Positions 59,053 to 64,000 of a stretch of 64,000 nt of DNA are shown here, in pieces. A model generated the notes under the pieces. That model was given only the letters and a program-made list of their open reading frames with translations. It was not told where the DNA came from and did not search any database. The position numbers and the translations under genes were made by a program. The stretch is from an uncultured Gammaproteobacteria bacterium (lineage in GTDB: Bacteria > Patescibacteriota > Patescibacteriia > Magasanikbacterales > GWA2-37-8), in NCBI GenBank assembly GCA_964355175.1, contig CAYHBZ010000002.1, positions 204,537 through 268,536 of the forward strand, read 5' to 3'. Each line of letters begins with the position of its first letter. The first letter of the stretch is position 1.

Positions 59053-60009
59053 ATGCTCAATATTTATAATCAACAAAATCCGGATCGCGAAAATGGTGTC
59101 GCGCCTGGCGCGGTGCCAAAGAAATTACACGCTGACTTCAATAAATACGAAGATCCTAGCGGTGAATTTACTGCCGGCGAATTCAAACAGAGTTTGTGGT
59201 ATGTAAAGCACAAACTTTTATTGTATAAAATACTGGTTGGTTTTTTAATTGCCTGGATTGTGATTTTTGGCGGCTACGCTTTGATCACTTTGGCGGATTA
59301 TTTGATTTTTGGGATTGCCAGCGATATAAATTTGCACAAACAGCTTAGCAGTTTTCCAAATTATACCAATGTTCAGCCAAAATACGCGCCAATTCCTCTG
59401 CAAATACAAGGAGTGAGCTCTTTGCCGGGCGGCAGTACTTCTTTTGATCTGATCGCTCAGGTGGCCAATCCTAATAAAAATTTTATTGTCTACTTTGATT
59501 ATTATTTTGTGGCCGGCGAAGAAAAGACTCCGATTCAGCATGGATTTTTGATGGCAGGGGAGACAAAACCGCTGGTGTATTTTGGTATGAAGGGCGGCTA
59601 TCCCGGCGATGTGAATTTTGCGCTGGAAAATCTCACTTGGAAACGTTTGCGCGCTCAAGAAATAAAAGATCCTCTGAGTTTCCAAGCGCAAAGATTGAAT
59701 TTCACACCTAGTAATTTTAACTTTGTTTCTCAAGCGGCTTCGGATGGTCTGGCGGCCAATGTGATAACATTTGATATTAAAAATAATTCAGCCTACGGCT
59801 ATCGCGACGCGAATTTTGTGGTCGGGCTGATGAATGGCGGCGGCGGATTGTCGGCGGTGATGCCTCTGCTTTTGCGGGATTTCAAATCCGGTGAAACTAG
59901 AAATATTGATCTGCGTAATTTTGTATTAAATTTGCCGGTAGAAAGCATACAGCTTTTTCCTTTGATTGACACCTACAATAAAGACGTGTATCTTGCCCCT
60001 GAAAAGTAG
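59053..60009 (+). CDS. Membrane-anchored hypothetical protein
   Basis: Single TM helix followed by beta-rich Ig-like domains. Confidence 0.6.
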   Translation: MLNIYNQQNPDRENGVAPGAVPKKLHADFNKYEDPSGEFTAGEFKQSLWYVKHKLLLYKILVGFLIAWIVIFGGYALITLADYLIFGIASDINLHKQLSSFPNYTNVQPKYAPIPLQIQGVSSLPGGSTSFDLIAQVANPNKNFIVYFDYYFVAGEEKTPIQHGFLMAGETKPLVYFGMKGGYPGDVNFALENLTWKRLRAQEIKDPLSFQAQRLNFTPSNFNFVSQAASDGLAANVITFDIKNNSAYGYRDANFVVGLMNGGGGLSAVMPLLLRDFKSGETRNIDLRNFVLNLPVESIQLFPLIDTYNKDVYLAPEK

Positions 60010-60010
60010 T

Positions 60011-61105
60011 ATGTTTAAATTATCCAAATTCTCCACGCGCAGTTTCGATTGGCTGTTGTTTTTTTCAGCTTTGCTTTTGTGTTTGCTTGGGTTGGCTGCG
60101 GTATACAGCGTGGGTTTGTCGCGCGGACCGCAAGATGCTTATTTTCGTAAACAATTAATCGCTTTGGGCATTGGGTTGACGGGACTATTTTTGGCCAGTT
60201 GGATGCAGCCGAGCTTTTTTCGATTGGGAGCAAAACCGTTTTATTTTTTGTCGATTTGTTTGATGGTGGCGGTGCTCGTGTTTGGGACTACCATTCGTGG
60301 TACGCGTGGTTGGTTTACTTTTGGCGGATTTTCTTTTCAGCCGGTGGAATTGGCCAAAGCCGCTTTGATTTTAATTTTAGGTTATTCTATTTCTAATTTT
60401 GGCCGGCGTTTTGAGCGGCCGCTTTATTTTTTTGGCACCTTGATAATCTCTCTTTTGTTAATAGGTTTGACCATGTTGCAACCGGATTTGGGATCGGCCG
60501 TATTGCTCGGCACTATTTGGTTTGGGCTTATGCTTCTCACCAAAGCCCGTCGGCTTTATATTTTTTCTTTTGTTGGTGCTGGTATTTTATTTTCGGTAGT
60601 GGCGTGGTTTTTTCTTTTACAGCCTTATCAGAAAGAGCGTGTTTTGACTTTTATCAATCCGGAGCGTGATCCGCTGGGGGCTGGTTATAATACGACGCAG
60701 GCGATTATTGCGGTGGGATCAGGACAATTTTTTGGCAAAGGACTTGGTTTTGGTTCCCAATCTCAGCTCCGATTTTTGCCGGAAGCTCAGACTGACTTTG
60801 TGTTTTCGGTGATTGGTGAGGAGCTCGGCTTTGCCGGAGTGGCCGTAATGTTGATTTTATTTGCGATTTTATTATGGCGGCTGTTGCTCTTGGCCGAAAA
60901 ATCTGATGATGATTTTGCTAGTGTGGTAGTCAGCGGGATTGCGGTTTTGTTTGCCGCGCAATTATTTATTAATGTAGGTGCCAATTTGGGTTTGTTGCCG
61001 GTGACTGGTGTGACTCTGCCGCTGGTAAGCTACGGTGGCTCATCTCTGATTATTAATCTGATTTTGGTGGGGGTGGCTCAGAGTATGGTGGTGAGAAGAT
61101 ATTAG
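60011..61105 (+). CDS. rodA: Rod shape-determining protein RodA (SEDS family)
   Basis: FQPVE, QPDLG, PEAQTDF and LPLVSYGGSS motifs. Confidence 0.9.
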   Translation: MFKLSKFSTRSFDWLLFFSALLLCLLGLAAVYSVGLSRGPQDAYFRKQLIALGIGLTGLFLASWMQPSFFRLGAKPFYFLSICLMVAVLVFGTTIRGTRGWFTFGGFSFQPVELAKAALILILGYSISNFGRRFERPLYFFGTLIISLLLIGLTMLQPDLGSAVLLGTIWFGLMLLTKARRLYIFSFVGAGILFSVVAWFFLLQPYQKERVLTFINPERDPLGAGYNTTQAIIAVGSGQFFGKGLGFGSQSQLRFLPEAQTDFVFSVIGEELGFAGVAVMLILFAILLWRLLLLAEKSDDDFASVVVSGIAVLFAAQLFINVGANLGLLPVTGVTLPLVSYGGSSLIINLILVGVAQSMVVRRY

Positions 61106-61106
61106 T

Positions 61107-62333
61107 ATGAATACAAAAAGTGTTCAAGAACGTAAAAAGAAATTGTCCGGTAATTTTCGCCGAATGTTTTTTGTACAAGCATTTTTGAGCGTGCGTACTT
61201 TAAATGTAGTGGCCGTTCTTTTTTATTTGGCCCGCGGTTTGAGTTTGTCGCAAGTGTTTTTTCTCTCTATCTTGTGGGCGGTGGTGAATATTTTATTTGA
61301 AGTTCCGTCGAGTTATCTGGCTGATCGCTGGGGGAGAAAGAAAACTATTATATTAAGTTCAATCTTGTTCTGTGTTTATAGTGTTTTGTTGATTTTCTCT
61401 CATTCGTTTGTAATGTTTAGTTTGAGTATATTTATGTTTGCTTTGGCCTACGCGTGTTTTTCCGGGACAGACGAAGCGCTGGTATACGACACTAGCCGCG
61501 AATTGGGAGAAAGCGAAGATAGTCTGCGTCGATTGGGGCAATATTCGGCGGCGGAGAAAATTTTTAAGATAATCACCCCGTTGATTGGGGTATTTGTGGC
61601 CAAAGATTTGGTAGAGTGGCAATTTGATTTATTGTTGGTCATTGATTCCCTAGCGGCTTTTTCTGGGCTGATTATTTCTTTATTTTTGGTCGAGCCAAAA
61701 CAATTTTTTGAAGTGGAAAAAGTGGAATCTGGAGTTTTTCATGACGCGTTAAAATTGGTCAAAAACAACCCCAATTTGATGAGGGCAATCTGTAACAGGG
61801 CTTTGGCCTTTACCAGTGTTTTTATTATCTGGCGTTATCATCAGGAATTATTTACCCGCATTGGCGCTCCGATTGTGGTGCTTGGTATCGGTTGGTCGGT
61901 GTTTAATATGATTGTGACCTTGATAAATTATTATATTGATCGTTTGTGGCCAAGTAAAAGTTTGACCACAAAAATTAATTATTTAAATTTTATAACGGTA
62001 TTTTTAATTGGTTTATTTTTGGTGATTTGGCATTTTTCTGCTCATTATTATTGGGTGCTTCTGGTATATTTTGGTATTAACATGGCGGAAAATGCGCGTT
62101 GGCCAATTTTTTCTGATTTGTTTAATAAATATAGTAATTCTTTTAATCGGGCCACCACTTTATCTTTATCCAATTTGGTAAAAAGTATTGGGGATATTCC
62201 GTTGTTGGCTGTGGCCAGTTTTTTGGTGGCGCGGGATTTGATTTATCCGGTATATTTTTTGTTAATAATTATTCTGCTGTCGAGTGTTATTTTTTATCTG
62301 CCAAAAAATTTGAAGTTTGAAAATAAATTTTAG
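61107..62333 (+). CDS. MFS transporter
   Basis: EVPSSYLADRWGRK, about 12 TM helices. Confidence 0.88.
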   Translation: MNTKSVQERKKKLSGNFRRMFFVQAFLSVRTLNVVAVLFYLARGLSLSQVFFLSILWAVVNILFEVPSSYLADRWGRKKTIILSSILFCVYSVLLIFSHSFVMFSLSIFMFALAYACFSGTDEALVYDTSRELGESEDSLRRLGQYSAAEKIFKIITPLIGVFVAKDLVEWQFDLLLVIDSLAAFSGLIISLFLVEPKQFFEVEKVESGVFHDALKLVKNNPNLMRAICNRALAFTSVFIIWRYHQELFTRIGAPIVVLGIGWSVFNMIVTLINYYIDRLWPSKSLTTKINYLNFITVFLIGLFLVIWHFSAHYYWVLLVYFGINMAENARWPIFSDLFNKYSNSFNRATTLSLSNLVKSIGDIPLLAVASFLVARDLIYPVYFLLIIILLSSVIFYLPKNLKFENKF

Positions 62334-62351
62334 AAATGGTAGTTTATAGTC

Positions 62352-64000
62352 ATGTCCAAATTTAAAATACAATCCAAAATGAAACCAGCCGGCGATCAGC
62401 CCAAGGCGATAGAGCAGTTGGTGGAGGGAGTAAATAAAGGGTTTGCCAAACAGACCTTACTTGGTGTTACCGGTTCGGGTAAAACTTTTACGGTGGCGAA
62501 TGTAATTGAGCAGACGCAGAAGCCGACTTTGGTGATAGCGCACAACAAAACTTTGGCCGCTCAGCTTTGTAATGAATTTCGTGAATTGTTTCCAGATAGC
62601 GCGGTGGAATATTTTGTTTCTTTTTATGATTACTATCAGCCCGAGGCATACATGCCGCACACCGATACATATATTGAAAAAGAAGCGGTGATAAATGAAG
62701 AGATCGATCGTTTGCGCCATGCTTGTACGCAAGCTTTGTTGTCGCGTAAGGATGTGATTATTGTGTCTTCGGTTTCAGCTATTTATAATCTTGGTTCACC
62801 GACCGAATATGAACGCACCGTGATGCATTTGCGCGTGGGAGATGAATTGGATCGTCGCCAGATGATGGAAAAATTAATCGAGATGCAATTTGAGCGCACC
62901 AATAGTGATCTCAAGCGTGGTTTGTTTCGTATGACCGGACAGGTGTTTGAAATTGTGCCGGTGAATGAAGAAAAAATTTATCGTTTTGAAATTTCCAATC
63001 GCATTGAGCGAATCGAGCGACTGGATCCGGTGACACGCAAAGTAGAAAGAGAGCAAGAAGATATTTGGTTTTTTCCGGCCAAACATTATGTCGCTAGTCC
63101 GGCAGTAAAAGACCAAGCCTTTAAAGATATTAAGGCTGAATTGGAAGATCGTCTGAAAGAATTTGAGATGCAAGGAAAATTGCTCGAAGCGGAAAGATTG
63201 AAGCGACGTGTGAATTATGATTTGGAATTGATTCAGAATTTGGGATATTGTAGCGGTATTGAAAATTATTCTCGCCATTTTGATGGCCGCGCTCCCGGAC
63301 AGCCGGCTTTTACTTTGCTCGATTATTTCTTGCATTGTGATCCCAATTTTCTCACGGTAGTGGATGAATCGCATGTGACTATTCCGCAGGTACGTGGCAT
63401 GTATTTTGGTGATAAGGCACGTAAAGATGTTTTGATTGAACATGGTTTTCGTTTGCCTAGCGCGATTGATAATCGTCCACTGAAATACGATGAATTCGAA
63501 GCCCGCACCAAACAGATGATTTATGTATCCGCTACGCCGACTGAATTTGAAATTCAAAATAGTGAGCAGGTGGTACAGCAGGTAGTGCGTCCGACCGGTT
63601 TGATTGATCCGGAAATTTTGGTGTTGCCAGTGACCGGCAAAGGCAGTGTAAAATCTCAAATTGAAGATCTAGTCGTTCGTATCGATGAGCGAATAAAAAT
63701 AAATGAACGCGTGCTGGTAACAACTTTGACCAAAAAGATGGCCGAAGATCTTACCGGATATTTGGAAAAGAAAAAAGTAAAAGTGAGATATTTACACAGT
63801 GATATTGAAACACTCGAGCGTATTGAAATTATCACCTCGTTGCGCCGTGGTGAAATTGATGTAATCGTGGGTGTAAATCTTTTGCGTGAAGGTCTCGATA
63901 TGCCGGAAGTTTCTTTGGTTGCTATTTTGGATGCCGACAAAGAAGGTTTTTTGCGCAGTGAGACCAGTCTTATTCAGACTATCGGTCGTGCGGCTAGAAA
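62352..64000 (+). CDS. uvrB: Excinuclease ABC subunit B (runs off the window end)
   Basis: [28 protein letters not shown] and YYQPEAY motifs. Confidence 0.96.
   Translation, partial: MSKFKIQSKMKPAGDQPKAIEQLVEGVNKGFAKQTLLGVTGSGKTFTVANVIEQTQKPTLVIAHNKTLAAQLCNEFRELFPDSAVEYFVSFYDYYQPEAYMPHTDTYIEKEAVINEEIDRLRHACTQALLSRKDVIIVSSVSAIYNLGSPTEYERTVMHLRVGDELDRRQMMEKLIEMQFERTNSDLKRGLFRMTGQVFEIVPVNEEKIYRFEISNRIERIERLDPVTRKVEREQEDIWFFPAKHYVASPAVKDQAFKDIKAELEDRLKEFEMQGKLLEAERLKRRVNYDLELIQNLGYCSGIENYSRHFDGRAPGQPAFTLLDYFLHCDPNFLTVVDESHVTIPQVRGMYFGDKARKDVLIEHGFRLPSAIDNRPLKYDEFEARTKQMIYVSATPTEFEIQNSEQVVQQVVRPTGLIDPEILVLPVTGKGSVKSQIEDLVVRIDERIKINERVLVTTLTKKMAEDLTGYLEKKKVKVRYLHSDIETLERIEIITSLRRGEIDVIVGVNLLREGLDMPEVSLVAILDADKEGFLRSETSLIQTIGRAAR

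Noticed and set aside
62457-63940. Minus-strand ORFs at the window end
   Set aside because: Antisense to uvrB, which the ORF track missed because it has no stop within the window.

Overview
AT-rich bacterial chromosome segment. It is most consistent with a Patescibacteria/CPR (Parcubacteria-like) genome, inferred from VirB2-like pilins, AT-rich leaders without Shine-Dalgarno (SD) sequences and a compact core gene set. Core loci include dnaE, infB, rny, rnj, relA, uvrA/uvrB, gyrB, secE-nusG-rplK, rnpB and three tRNAs, one a rare tRNA-Ile(UAU). The standout is 50.6-56.8 kb, between secE and gyrB. A consensus sigma70 promoter there precedes five GC-rich, mostly SD-led membrane or lipoprotein ORFs. 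They are separated by modular RNA elements: three type III hammerhead ribozymes, three copies of an unrecognised pseudoknot, repeated boxB/boxA-like motifs and ~50-55 nt hairpins. No integrase, transposase or reverse transcriptase lies nearby. Four more isolated GC-rich, SD-led ORFs under AT-rich native promoters are scattered through the window, one behind a cobalamin-riboswitch-like RNA. Working hypothesis (inference): the cell makes self-processed, end-protected, possibly circular mRNAs tuned for a different, high-GC host translation system. All structures and protein families were assigned by eye; no searches were run.
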